Below are positions 12,967 to 26,384 of a stretch of DNA of 64,000 nucleotides, piece by piece. Position 1 is the stretch's first letter. Every line of letters starts with the position of its first letter. The DNA lies in contig JBLDXI010000032.1 in NCBI GenBank assembly GCA_047495785.1, positions 2,356,001 to 2,420,000 on the forward strand. Reading direction: 5' to 3'. The translations under genes and the position numbers were made by a program. The notes beneath the pieces were generated by a model. The model did not search any database. It was not told the DNA's origin and saw only the letters and a list, made by a program, of their open reading frames with translations. Source of the DNA: Lepidodermella squamata (taxonomy: Eukaryota; Animalia; Gastrotricha).

Positions 12967-14525
12967 ATTTTTATCTTCGAGTGGCCAAATGCATCAATTT
13001 TATTTCAAAGTCCATATGCAATGTTTGATTTTCTCCATAGCTCCATGTAAATGTTTGACATACTGATCAGTATTCATGTTTTTGATGGATTGTGATGTGA
13101 GCGCGGTTGGGTACCGTGCTTGCAGAGTTGTTAATAACTTCAGTCGAATAAATAAATAGGTATCATGTATCATAATGAATTGTGTACGTGAAATTTGACA
13201 TCGCCAAGTTAACCCTGCGTCACAACTTGGAGCCAACGCCCGTGTCTGCGCAAGAATTAGTGATCACGACAGCGGCCGACCGAAGTCGCTGGATTAAACT
13301 AAATTTCGGCTAGAAGGAGGTACCCCACTATCAGAAGCACCTCCTAAAAAAACCATGCGAGTGCTAGAAGCTAGAAGTCTTTTTATAAACCGATTGTTCC
13401 ACAATTGTGCAGCTGTACACGCCGATAACTGGCAAAATTAGGAAAACCCATATATGCGTGATATAGGTGGTCTTATGTCGATCAGTCAATGTAGCAAGCC
13501 GTGTGCAGAAAGCAGAGAGCGCGCGATGGCTGAAGAGATAAGAGTCAGGTGTTGAAATTCATAAGATGAAAACTGAACCCAAACAGCAGTATCGCATATA
13601 GCCTCGCGCAGCTCTCTACCAGCCTCGACCAGAGCGTGTGCGGCCATGTAATCCTTTTGAAAGAGCAAAAAGCATCGTGTGTTTGCATCGCGTACCTCCT
13701 TTTACTTGGTGACAGTAAACGACAACTTGCGGAGTTGGACTTGAGACGTTACTGTTTCAGCTCCTCGAAATCTGGAACCGGCAAATAGCCAATGCCTTTC
13801 TTCGGCTCGACGCAGCCTTGAAATTTCACCCGCCATTTTAAGCTGTTGAGCTGTAAGGTCGATTACCATGAGAAGATGAGCGGCACGAAAAAGCGATGAT
13901 GACTTAGCGAAGAAGTCCCGCTATTTTTTTTAAATCTCACGCGGCGACAAGCAAATTCTTATAGACAAGTGAATTTCGAAATTTTTATAAAATAAAAGAT
14001 TAATATCCTTTTTGAATTTTTATTGAATACTTCACACAAGCCGCCCGCCAAAAGCGTCTAGTATTAATGTCTGGGTCATCCCAAAGGTAAGAAGAGGGCC
14101 TCTCGAAAATCTCCCGTCGCTTACCTTCGGAAGGTTGATGGGCGATGGTGCTCTCTGCTCTCTGCCAACGCAAACCGGAAACCGGAAACCTGACTCTTCC
14201 TTAAATTTCAAAATCTGTGAAGATTCACGCCAAAGACTTGGGTGTCGGATAGACTTTTCCTGGAAGAAGAAGACCCATCATTTTTGTGTATCAAACAGCA
14301 AGGTGTTAAGGTTTCTTGGTCACACATCTGCTAGTATCCAATTACTGGGTCTGGCTTGAGCTCATATCTTAGCTCCCAACTTCTCTGCTTCTTTCTCATC
14401 ATTTTAAATACTTGAGAGACTCAGCTATGAGTGTGGCGTCGATTTGGTTTGGGTCAATTTGGTTCAATGCTGTAAAAATTATCATATGCGGTCTTTTTTG
14501 CTAGATTTATTTTCTCTGGTAATCG

Positions 14526-14855
14526 ATGGATAAAAAAAAGTTTGAGGTCCTACCGGATAAGCCGGAAGGTGTTGCAGCAGATGATACTAGTTGTGAAACA
14601 TACGTGCTATATGATGAAGATCACACTCTGTGCAATGCTCTTCGAGTGGTGATCATGAAAAATCCAAAGACGAAATTTTGTGGATATTCTATTCCCCATC
14701 CGTTGGAAAACAAGGTTTTGTTCCGAGTGGAAACATTTGGAGATGTGCCATCAATAGAAATTTTCAAGAAAGGCCTGGAAGATCTGCAAGCCATGTGTGG
14801 TATTGTCTTGGAGAAGTTTGAAGCTGCAGTCGAAGAACACAACCTGGCTCACTGA
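14526..14855 (+). CDS. POLR1D: RNA polymerase I/III subunit AC19 (RPAC2)
   Basis: DEDHTLCNALR...CGYSIPHPLE motif; intronless. Confidence 0.92.
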   Translation: MDKKKFEVLPDKPEGVAADDTSCETYVLYDEDHTLCNALRVVIMKNPKTKFCGYSIPHPLENKVLFRVETFGDVPSIEIFKKGLEDLQAMCGIVLEKFEAAVEEHNLAH

Positions 14856-14930
14856 TAATTCATACCGCTCAACTATTGTGCCAATGAAATTTTATAGCTA
14901 TATACTTGGATGTCGTTACAATATATTGAC

Positions 14931-15851
14931 ATGTCTACTTTTAGGGTTTTTAAAATGCTGTCAAACTTCAATCGTTTCTGCGTTTTGAAGGGACGGGGCC
15001 TTGATGCTTCTCTTAAGTAAGTGAGCCTTCTACCTGAATACTCAACTTCATTCTTCTCCATTCATCGAATAGGCTAGTAAGCCGTTCTCTGGCTTCCCAG
15101 CCTGTTGAAAAGGCTAAACCAGCAAATGAAGCTGCCAAAGGCTCGCCTGATTTGACCCCTGACCCTTATCCTTGGAAAGATCGCGGGAATTACAGCCCCT
15201 TCCAAGGCGAGAACACATGGGCCGAATTCGCACTGGCTCGCGTGGATGATTTGCTTAACTGGGCTCGCAAGGTACAGTATTCTATTATTTATGATAGCAT
15301 TCTCACCTAATAAAATTCCAGGGCTCCCTTTTCCCAATGACTTTCGGCCTAGCCTGTTGTGCTGTCGAAATGATGCATATCGCCGCTCCCCGATACGATA
15401 TGGATCGGTTCGGCGTCGTCTTTCGTGCATCCCCACGTCAAGCCGATTGTATTATCGTTGCTGGCACTTTGACTAACAAGATGGCTCCTGCTATTCGCAA
15501 GGTTTTCTTCTAACTTGGCGTTTCATTTGATTCCTTAAGCTTGTCTTTTAAAAATAACAGATTTACGATCAGATGCCTGAACCGCGATGGGTAATTTCGA
15601 TGGGAAGCTGTGCTAATGGTGGCGGCTATTATCACTACTCGTATTCAGTCGTGCGAGGATGTGATCGCGTTATCCCTGTCGATATTTATATCCCTGGTTT
15701 GTTTGCCAATTCCCTGTATATCTTTCAGCTTAATTTCGCCCCGCCTTTGTTAGGTTGCCCGCCGTCTGCCGAAGCGCTGATGTATGGCATTTTGCAACTC
15801 CAAAAGAAGATCAAGCGCCACCAATTCACGCAGATGTGGTACCGACGATAA
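14931..15851 (+). CDS. NDUFS7: NADH:ubiquinone oxidoreductase PSST subunit
   Basis: Five exons; [42 protein letters not shown]. Confidence 0.96.
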
Positions 15852-16028
15852 AAAATCGGCTTATAATCCAACCCGATATAAGATAATTAAATATAATGAT
15901 TCGATTAGTTCACGTTTTGCATCGAGAAGTGGCCCTCTAGGGAACGCAACACCTTTCCCAAATAAAACTAGACCAGCGTGTTGTATTCTTTGAATTTATC
16001 TTTTTAGGATTTATAATATTTCGGTTTG

Positions 16029-18160
16029 ATGCCCGCTTTACGGGCATTCGGTCGGAGATGGGCCGTCGCATCTGACGACTTTTTCTTTCCGGCCTTGACC
16101 GAACTGCTCTTCCGAGGAACATGGTGAGTTCACATTTAACCATCCCAGCCATTTACCGATATCTTTCTCATAGGGTTGCTATTGTCCTTACATTAATCAT
16201 CATTCATGCGACCACCGGAGGCTTAAATAGCGAATGCTCCTTGGATTACAATCTCAATATTTTTTATTTCGCTACTCTCGCCCTTTACTCATGTTTTGTA
16301 ATACTGAGTGGAGCTATTGCAATTGTTTCATCTCGAGGGACAATTATGAACGAATATCCACGCCGATCAATACCGAGCCTTCTTTACGTGAGGCTGCTGC
16401 TATCAATCTTCGAGGTAGCTCTGAACATTTTCGGATCGATGTGGCTATTCAATCCCAGTTCGAGTGACGCAGCTAAATGCGACTCTTTTATCAAGGAAGC
16501 TGTTCCTGTGGCTCAAACGATCGTCATCATAAGTTGGACGTTGTTTCTCGCATCGATCATTCTATTTATCGTTATTTTCGACCCACTGGGACGCGAGCCG
16601 CTTAATTCAGCGGGGCCCAGAAATTTTTCGGAGTCATCGCATGTTCAAGTGTGGGAGCGTCGTTGCAAATGGTTATGTTTTTGTTTTGCTGGATCTGAAG
16701 CGGAATACAGTGAGATCGGCCACATGTTGGCCGAGTACTTTGTTGATACCGATCTGGTAGCGACTGACGTTGCGGCTGGATTAGCCCTTCTTGCCGCTCA
16801 ACGGCAACACGATTGCGACCACAAGTGTCACCCACCTCATTACACATTGGAAACGATACCCAAATGGATGAACCTAAACAACGCTCTTCATTTCATGCCT
16901 TATGCCTCGGCTATGTACGGATGGCCGTTTTACGTTTTCCACCAGGGCTGCGCCGGGTGTTGCCGGCTTTGCAGCTCTTCGCTTACGAATTGCTGTTTAA
17001 AGAGCGCTCGAGCGGCCCCGGTTCACGGGGATAACTGCTGCAAGTGCAATTTAGCCACCTTAAAACATCACATTGTCGACCTTGATTATGCCGATATCAT
17101 CAAAATGGAGCTGAAAAACAGGCTCTATGAAGTGCCTTTCATGGTCTGTTGTGACCGACAGAAAAAAGTTATCGTTGTAGCTATCCGAGGTACGCTTTCC
17201 CTGGCGGATGCCGTGGTCGATATCACAGCTCGCGCGGAACCTTTCGCCCCGAACGAAATCCCGCCCAATATGGCTGATCGGGAAAATTCGGCTAGTGCGA
17301 GATGGTATGCCCATAAAGGCATTCTAATGGCAGCCCGTTGGGTTGTTGGGCGTCTCATTGATGATGGCGTGCTGCGGGAAGCGTTCGACTGCCACCCGGA
17401 ATGTAACCAGGGTGTTGTAGTTGTTGGTCATAGCCTCGGCGCTGGAACTGCGGCTTTAGTCTCGATTTTACTGAAAAATAGAAACGACGAAGTGCTGCGG
17501 AATAAGGAGCTGAAATGTTTCGCCTATGCACCGCCTGGCGGCTTGGTTTCACGGGATTTGAATGAATCTGTGGCGCAAGATTTGATTTGTGGTGTCGCCC
17601 TATCTTCAGATTTGGTACCCAGACTGTCTCTACCGAACATGTTGAAATTGAAGCAGGACATGATTCAAGCGCTCAATCGATCTCGCCGGCCCAAGTATCA
17701 AATTTTCGGCGGTGTTTTCTGTTCGAAAGCGTGTTGTGTCAAGCCGTCGACGACCGAGGCGCCTACGCCGGAGACGCAAGAAGAAGGTTACCTCGCGATT
17801 CCACAAAGTGAACACGCAAATTTGATAAATTCCGGGCCTTCCTCGCCTTTAGGTATCGTTATCATCGAACCGCCTACGCCCACCACGTCGTTGGTCACCT
17901 CAGCTCTTCACCTTTCGATCACTGCCGAGATCAATCAGCTATTCCCGCCTGGTCGCATGCTAACAGTCAATGAGAGCTACGATGCCGGTGACGTGGCGCG
18001 GTATACGGCCACGTTCTGCGACCCGTCAAAGTGCTTCCAGCAGGTTATCATCGGCACGGACATGATCCGTCAACACTTGCCCCACAGCCTACATAACGCG
18101 TTGCTGGCGAGGCCAAGGGAATCTAATCCTATCACTTCTGCTGCAGTTTCTAGCTCTTAG
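16029..18160 (+). CDS. Diacylglycerol lipase (beta-like length, ~693 aa)
   Basis: Exon 1 (16029-16123) MPALRAFGRRWAVASDDFFFP is the DAGL N-terminal signature; intron 16124-16173; 4 TMs; lipase motifs IRGT, GHSLG, DLVPR and a catalytic His region. Confidence 0.92.
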
Positions 18161-18902
18161 CCAAACTTGTTGCGACTTGTGTTTTATGATTTTTTTTCCG
18201 GTTCATGAAGAAAAATTGGTCATTGGTGCTCAGATATTTTCGTTTCACTGTCAAGGTTTCTTTAGCAAATAGCATCACGTGAATGTATCAAACGGGCTAA
18301 CGAGCTGATTATCTTGAAGCATACCTATGCACGAACATGGAATGCGTTTAACAGTTTTTTTAGCTCTAGGCACAGCGCTCACCTGGTGGGGCTGATAATC
18401 TGTGGAGATGTTTTGCCACGAGTTGGCCTATTGAAAGCGCTATCATTATCTATATAATGGCGCATGGTTTTTTGTTTCTAATTATATAGCAAGATGAGCA
18501 CGGTTTCTTTCGCCAACTTTTTCTTCATGTTCACATGTGATGCGAGTATTTTGTTCAAATATGTTTGTCTTGAATGTCAAATGCTTCGCATTCGCGTCTA
18601 CCATGACATGGCTCAGATCGTTACGTATCATACAGCATATAGTACTTATTTTATCGATAATCAGTTGATAATCGCATATTTTTAGCTACGCTTCCCGTCG
18701 CCTTTTTGCTGGCTGTTTTTATGTGAATATAACGCGCAACTGAACCTGTGGTGTTGATACCCGATTTTATGGTTATATTTCAATGAAAATACTCGGGAAT
18801 TCGCTTTTAATGTTGAACTAATATTGTAAATGGTGACGAAAAAAGACAAATATACGAACTGAATGCCGCTGGTTTTTTCATCTTAGATTTTGTTGAAAAT
18901 TC

Positions 18903-21209
18903 ATGACATCTCGTGAAAATGGTCGGAATGCACCGATCGCAACTGGTGACGACTCGAGTGTATCTTCTATCGTCGAGGGAATGGGCGGATCTTCGGTGAG
19001 CAGCAGCGACCCGGGCACAATCAGCGCGGCGGCTCATCGTACCTATGTCGCGAAGTCTTACCTTCAGAAAAATGAACTGCTAACCGAAGTTCAGCGACTG
19101 CGGATAGAATTAAGGCGGAAAAATGACGAATTGGAACATGTGCAAAATCAAATGATCCTGGCGGTCGATGATCGGGAGGATCGAATCGACGATCTGATGA
19201 GGGAAAACGCTCGCCTAAAACAATCAATTTGCAAGGAGGAAACAATTATAGGTGAACATGCGAAAATGCAAGACGAAGCCCTGAAACGTGAGTTGAACGT
19301 TCTTCTTGAGCGAGTTCACGCCCTAGAAGCTCTCAACGTTCGGCTTACTGGCGAACAAGCCGTTGCTAAACAAAGCTTTCGGTTGATCCGTCTTACTGAA
19401 AGCGAATACACCGAATTGAAAGCTGCAGAACTGAGAAGCGAGCTGTCATTGAGTGAGCTAGTTTCGATCCGAGTCTATGAAGAGCTTCGTGAGTTGGCTA
19501 AACAGCTCGCTGAACTCACCGATGACCGGAGAAGGTTGGACGAGGAGAACCGAAGCATGAAATCTCAATTCGGCTCGTTGCAGCGCCAACTCGAGGAAAA
19601 AAGTGACGAGTCTGAACAATTAAGGTGGACCAACATCCGGCTCGAGAAACGTTTGACAAACTTACTAGGCGGCCCTGGGGCAGTTGCGATGCACGAACCA
19701 CATTCTTTGACTGAACCAACGGCTTTCGTCGAATCAGCTAAGCCGGTTTCGATGGTTGAGAGTGAAATGGCTCGTTTACGATCGCAGCTTGACAGTGTTA
19801 CATCTCATTTGACCAGTGAACGAGAGCGACTTGTTCGAGAGCTGGAATCAGCGCGAGATGCCCTCAGGGTCGCGGCTGATGAAGGGAACATGCTGCGCCG
19901 GCAAGCTATCGACGCGGGTCAACGAAGCGTTTTTCTCGAGGAGCGACTAGCGTCTTTGTCAGCCCAACTCGATGCTGTGAAAAACGGTCGAGAAGAGCTG
20001 CTCGAGAAATATTTGACCTCAAAGGATGAAGCTAGGTCTGAATTCAATGCTAAGATCATTCACGAACTTGATGAGCTTCGCTCGAAGAATTCGTCCGAAT
20101 ATGAACGGCTACATCGCCAGATGAAAGAAGTGTTCGAGCAAGAGAGCGCCTCCTTAAAAGACGCGAGGGATGCTGCGATTGCTGAAAGAGACCGAGCGCT
20201 AGCCGCCGAACAGGAATCTCGCTCGAGATACGAAAAAATGCTGATGGAGTGAGTTGATCAATTTATTAAGGTGGATTTTTTTAATTAACTATTTTGCAGA
20301 TTCAAAAATTTGGAATTTTCGTTGGAAAGCCAAACTGCTGATTTGGTATCTCAACTGCGCGTCAAAACGTTTGAGCTCGACCGTTTGCGTACATTGCTCG
20401 AAGAAACAGATGCGAATTTACGCGCCACAAAAGATTCGTACGAGTCAATCCGGGAGAAGTTCGACGCCTTGCTGCGGGACCACCAGTCGTTTGCTTCAGA
20501 AGCTGCTTTTGAGCGCAAAAAACTTACGGATGAGTTGGAAATGGCTCGTCAGAAGTTGACTGCGTTCGAGCGGACCGAGGCTGATCTCGACGATTTGGTC
20601 ATGCAGGCTGCTGATACCGGCATGGGGAATGAAGCTGAGCGAGTGCTTGTTTCTTATGGCGCTGTTGCAGCGGTACCGCCGTCGTTTCGTCGTAGAATCG
20701 AGCAGTCTGTTCGGTTGGCTCGGCGAGTTTTGGAACTCGAACGGGTTAATAATGTTCTCAAATCTGACTACGAGAAGAAGGCGAATGAAGTCACCCGTTT
20801 GCATATGGAGGTGTCGGATTTGAGTAATCTTCTATCGCTTTCTCGGAATTCTGATCAAAAAGTGATAGTCGAAGCACTTCGGACTAGAGATGAAGAGTTG
20901 AGAATGCTCAAAACTAGAATTCACGAATTGGAGTGCCAAATTGATGCTGCTAGGCATGAATTGACTCAACTAGTGAAAGAAAAGGAAGAAATGGCAAGAG
21001 ACATGCAAACTTTATTGAGCCATCGAGACGAATTGGCTGCTATTCATCAGCAACTCAGTCATTCCAGGACGTCCAAACACGATCAGTTGTCGCCTAATAA
21101 TGGCAACAAGCCGAAATCTCAGCCAAACCGTCGGCCAAATTTGAATGGCCAGAAAAAGCCGAATGCTCATCATCACAATATAATATCGCCTCCTGTGCTG
21201 CTACACTAG
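18903..21209 (+). CDS. PIBF1: Progesterone-induced blocking factor 1 / CEP90
   Basis: Two ORFs joined by intron 20249-20299; coiled coil with the conserved SYG...RRRIEQSVRLARRVLELE segment. Confidence 0.85.
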
Positions 21210-21515
21210 CCAAATATCGCGTTGATACTGCTCATTTTCTTTGTTTTTTATACTCTACAAATTTCGCACTGCATAATTTGCTATAATACTGTTATTGTGA
21301 TTTTTCTGAAATGTCACTTTTTGATACACTCTTGCAATAAAAATGGCTTATTTCTCATTGTTATTTCATTGATTATTATTTATTGTTTTCTAGCTGGGCG
21401 GCGCAGATTTATTGAGAAAGCTGACGATGATTTTCAAGGATTGAAATCATTTATTATAATCGTGATATTTTCCAGCCGAGAAAGATCTGAATTATACATT
21501 CTAGATTTTTTACGA

Positions 21516-23660
21516 ATGGGTGTCGCGAATTTTACGGACACGTCCGTCAAAATAGTCTCAATTGAATCGGGGGACAAATTGGTTTTTAATAATGAAGCGT
21601 TGGAAGAAATCGTCCGAGGTGTTTCCAACCTTCGCACGGCTGCCATCGTGATTGCAGGTCCGAAAAGAAAAGGCAAATCTTTCCTGCTGAACGTTCTTCT
21701 GTCCTACCTGTACAGCCGCGAGAATAAACAAGAGTGGAGTTACGCGGATAGCAAAAATTTTGTTCGAGGTCGCGGATTCGCTTCGAGCGGCGGAACCAAT
21801 GCTGTTACTGTTGGACTGCATATTTGGAGCAGACCATTCATCCTGACTAAGGCCAATGGCACTCAGTTCGCCTTGTTTGTCTTTGATATGCAAGGCTCTT
21901 TTGACCCGACGTCCAGTGAAAACATGGAGTCAGCATTGCTTGCGATCGGTGGCGCTATTTCAAGCGTAACCATTATCAACATCGACCAGCAAATTGACGC
22001 AAAGATTTTATCAAGTCTGGCCAGATGCGTATCCCGCATTCAACTCGCCGAAAAAAGTTTCCGAAATCAGACAATTTCGAGCGATGAAGCAACTAAAGTC
22101 TTCCAGGTTAATGCGCCTATTGTTAAATTCTCATAATTTAATGATCGTTTTTGTGACAACAGAAACTCCTGTTCCTGGTTCGAAACTGGAACTCGGTAGA
22201 GGAATTTGACTACGGTGAAAAGGGCGGACGGCGCTACCTTGAAAAAGTTCTAAGCAACTCGGCTGAGCAGAGCGAGACAGGCATGATGGTTGAATCGATA
22301 AAATCAAGTTTCGAGGAAACTGATGCGTATCTAATGCCGATTCCTTCGAAGGCTCTTATGTTAGGCGAGCTGGAAAATCCAAAATGTATGAGAGATGTGC
22401 CTAAAACTTGAAAACCTTATTCATTTTTCTTATTCTCTAGGCTTCAAAGAAAATGAATTTTCGTCCTTCATGTCGGGTTTCGTCAAATTCCTGGTCAATC
22501 CCGAAAACTTGCCCCTCAAAGCGTATTCTGCTGGAGCTATGATTGAGCTGATGCAGTCACAAATTGACGCATTCAACAATTCTGGCCGAATTCCACGGAT
22601 TATCAGTGGATTTTTACAAGATCACTGCTCTGCGTTGTTCAAACGCGCCAAAGCAGAATATAGCCGCGGTTTTGCGGAATCAAAGTTTTATTTGGAAGAT
22701 AAGAAGAAATTAGAAACAGAGTTTTACAATGATGTGAAAAGCAAATTGCAGGAGAACCTGAAGAAGTGGAGTAACGATCGAGATTACGTCGATTCAATGC
22801 ATGCCTTTCGCCAACATGTGTTACGACTGAGTCGTATCATGGCTTTATGGAAAAAACTTGTCGATTGTCGCAAGTCGGTTGCTCTAAGTTTGAATAAATT
22901 GGCTTTTGAAATTGGCAAGTTGAATACCCAGGCTCGGACATGCCGCTTGACCGGCTCATCTGCAGGAATAGCTGCAAGTGGCTTGTCAATAGCTGGGTTA
23001 GCTCTAGCTGTCCCAACGGCTGGAGCTTCATTAGCGTTGACTGCAGCTGGAGCAGCCTTGGGCGCTTCAGGGGCTGTTACTGGCCTTGTACCTACCGCCA
23101 TGCTTGCCGCAAAAAGTAAGGCGGCTCGAAAAAAAGCCGAGCGCCTGATTTTGTCCGCGAGCGAAATTGACCAAGAGCTGCGCAATGAGCTTGGATATCT
23201 TGATGATGCCACTGAAACCGAACCATTTCTCACTTTGATCACAGCTCAACGTGTTATTATGGCTGCTCAATTTGGAATTGGAATAGACAAATCAAACGAA
23301 TATTCTGAATTCTATGCCAAGATAAGCGAAATCCTCAGCGACTTAGACAACGCCAGTGGTGTCATCGTTACCTCAGTTAAAAGCAGTGCTGCCATTGCCG
23401 CCACTATCGAGGATTTCGTTAGCCCTTCACTTCGAGCCGTAGCAACGATGGGAAAAACAGCCGCGGGTACTCTGGCGGTTGTCACAGTTCCTTTTGATGT
23501 GATCAGCATCGTGACTGATAGCATCGACACGCACAAAGGAAAGCCACATAAAATGGAAGAAAAGATTCGCGAAATCGCCGCAAAATTTAAAGCAGCACCG
23601 CAATCGTCTGATGTTGAAAGAATCGAAGCGCAGTTTGCTGATTTCATCAAGAAATTGTGA
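21516..23660 (+). CDS. Atlastin-like GTPase / apolipoprotein-L fusion protein, copy 1 (677 aa)
   Basis: Exons 21516-22106, 22163-22385, 22441-23660 total 2034 nt in frame. G1 GPKRKGKS, G2 Thr in AVTVGLHIWS, G3 DMQG, G4 LVRNW. ApoL hairpin GLALAVPTAGASLAL and C-terminal DVISIVTDSIDTHKG helix. Confidence 0.88.
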
Positions 23661-24236
23661 ATGCCTGACCTTGAGCGATGTGTGTGATGATCCATTTATG
23701 ACCTAGATAACTTCACTGATTCGAAATCTTGTAGACTCTCTCAAATTCAAATGACATGCTTCTCCGACAAACGCTACAATCTCATTAATCTATGATAATA
23801 ACTAATCTCAGCGTAAAGGAATTAAACTTATGTTTTGATTTGGCATTTTATCGGTTACTTTGTCAACTGTGCTCAGTGCTCAATTCGATGTAAATGCGCA
23901 TACCTGTGATCATGAGATTTTATCACGATGAACGTTTTGGAGCTATTTCGATTATTCTTTTCAAAACGATGAATGATGGACATGTGACGAATTCATCTTA
24001 TTATTTCTGTATAATCTCGTTATGCAAATGCATGTAGAATACACTCATGCAATAAAAATTGCTTATTTCTCATTGTTATCTCATTTATTATTATTTATTG
24101 TTTTTCTAGCTGGGCGGCGCAGATTTATTGAGAAAGCTGATGATGATTTTTAAGGGTGGAATTTTTTTGTTCTAATCGCAATATTTTCTAGCCGGGCGAC
24201 ATCTGAATATTGAACATCCTAGATTGCTAATTACGA

Positions 24237-26384
24237 ATGGTTTTCGAGAGAGTTATGGGCAAATCTGTCAAAATTGTTTCAATTGAATCAGGTGACAAAT
24301 TGGCATTTAATAATGCAGCTTTGGAAGAAATCGTCCGAGGTGTTGCCAACCTTCCCACAGCTGCTGTTGTGGTTGCAGGCCCGAAAAGAAAAGGCAAATC
24401 TTTCCTGCTGAACGTTCTTCTTTCGTACTTGTACAGCCGCGAGAATAAACCAGAGTGGAGTTACGCGGATAGCAAACATTTTGTTCGAGGTCGCGGATTC
24501 GCTTCGAGCGGCGGAACCGATGCTGTTACTCTCGGATTGGATATCTGGAGCAAACCATTCATCCTGACTAAGGCCGATGGCACCCAGTTCGCCTTGTTTG
24601 TCTTTGACATGCAAGGCTCTTTTGACCCGAACTCCAATGAAAACATGGAGTCAGCATTACTTGCTATCGGTGGCGCTATTTCAAGCGTAACCATTATCAA
24701 CATCGACCAGCAAATTGACGCAAAGATTTTATCAAGTCTGGCCAGATGCGTATCCCGCATTCAACTCGCCGAAGAAAGTAGCCAAACTCCGGCAATTTCG
24801 AGCCAAGAAGCAACTAAAGTCTTCCAGGTTAATGCGCCTATTGTTAAATTCTCATAATTTAATGATCGTTTTTGTGACAACAGAAACTCCTGTTCCTGGT
24901 TCGAAACTGGAACTCGAAAGAGGAATTCGGTTATGGTCAAGCAGGTGGGCGGCTCTACCTTGAAAAAGTTCTAAGCAACTCTGCTGAACGGAGCGAGACA
25001 GATCTGATGGTTGAATCAATCAAATCAAGTTTCGAAGAATGTGATGCGTATCTCATGCCGATTCCTTCGAAGGCTCTTATGCTAGGCGAGCTGGACGATC
25101 CAAAATGTATGAGAGATGTGCCTAAAACTTGAAAACCTTATTCATTTTTCTTATTCTCTAGGCTTCAAAGAAAATGAATTTTCGTCCTTCATGTCGGGTT
25201 TCGTCAAATTCCTGGTCAATCCCGAAAACTTGCCCCTCAAAGCGTATTCTGCTGGAGCTATGATTGAGCTGATGCAGTCACAAATTGACGCATTCAACAA
25301 TTCTGGCCGAATTCCACGGATTATCAGTGGATTTTTACAAGATCACTGCTCTGCGTTGTTCAAACGCGCCAAAGCAGAATATAGCCGCGGTTTTGCGGAA
25401 TCAAAGTTTTATTTGGAAGATAAGAAGAAATTAGAAACAGAGTTTTACAATGATGTGAAAAGCGAATTGCAGGTGAACTTGCAGAAGTGGACGAATGATA
25501 AAAATTACGTCGAATCACTGCATGCATTTCGCCAACATGTGTTACGACTGAGTCGTATCATGGCTTTATGGAAAAAACTTGTCGATTGTCGCAAGTCGGT
25601 TGCTGAAAGTTTGGATCAGTTGGCTTATGACATTGGCAACTTGAATACTCGGGCTCGGATATCCCGTGTGGCCGGATCATCTGCAGGAATAGCTGCAAGT
25701 GGTCTGACAATAGCCGGATTAGCTCTAGCTGTTCCAACGGCTGGAATTTCATTAGGGTTGACTGCAGGTGGCGTTGCTTTGGGCGTTACGGGTGCTGCTG
25801 CTGGCCTTGTACCAACCGCCATTCTTGGCACAAAAAGTGAGAAGGCTTTTCTCGAAGCCGAGCGCCTGATTTCAACTGCAAACGAAACTGACAAAGCCTT
25901 GCGCGCTGAGCTTGCATGTTTGGACGATGCTGCTGGACCTGAAAAATTTGTCAACTATATTACAACTCAATGTTATGTTATGGCTGCTCAATTTAACGAG
26001 GCGAAGGAATCTTGTTTGATTGAAACCGTGGAGAAAGGTTCTCTCCACGCAAGCAAAATTGTCTCCAACGCAGTCGGAGGCGGTCTTGCGATTCCGAAAA
26101 TCGTCACAGCTGTAGAAGAAAGCGTTGGCGCTTCATTTCGAGCCTTTTCTGCGATGGGGAAAACTGCTGGGCGTGTTGCTGGAATTTTATCGGTTGCCAC
26201 CATTCCACTTGATGTGATCAGCATCGTGACGGATAGCATCGATCTGCACAACGGAACGCCACATGAAGCGGCACAAAAGATTTGCGAAATCGCTGCATTA
26301 TTTAAAGCAGCGCCGGACGCGTTCGATGTTGAAATAATTGACAAGCAATTTGCTCATTTCATCCAGGACTTGAGAAATGTCTGA
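24237..26384 (+). CDS. Atlastin-like GTPase / apolipoprotein-L fusion protein, copy 2 (678 aa)
   Basis: Exons 24237-24827, 24884-25106, 25162-26384 total 2037 nt in frame; same motifs and intron positions as copy 1. Confidence 0.88.

Noticed and set aside
13290-14420. Possible multi-exon minus-strand gene
   Set aside because: Splice-like signals are present, but I could not build a unique reading frame or recognise a product.
21222-21515. Hydrophobic N-terminal extension of ORF 21222-22136 that looks like transmembrane segments
   Set aside because: It is T-rich PIBF1 3' UTR and intergenic DNA; the paralogous region upstream of copy 2 is not open in this frame, and the equivalent ATG is 21516.
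22395-22440. Separate ApoL genes starting MCLKLENL (also 25116 and 31874)
   Set aside because: These ATGs lie inside intron 2 (GTATGA...CTCTAG); splicing gives a continuous atlastin-like sequence.
22784-23695. Antisense ORFs over the ApoL exons (and similar ones over DAGL, ATAD5 and eIF3B)
   Set aside because: Shadow frames of real sense-strand coding sequence.
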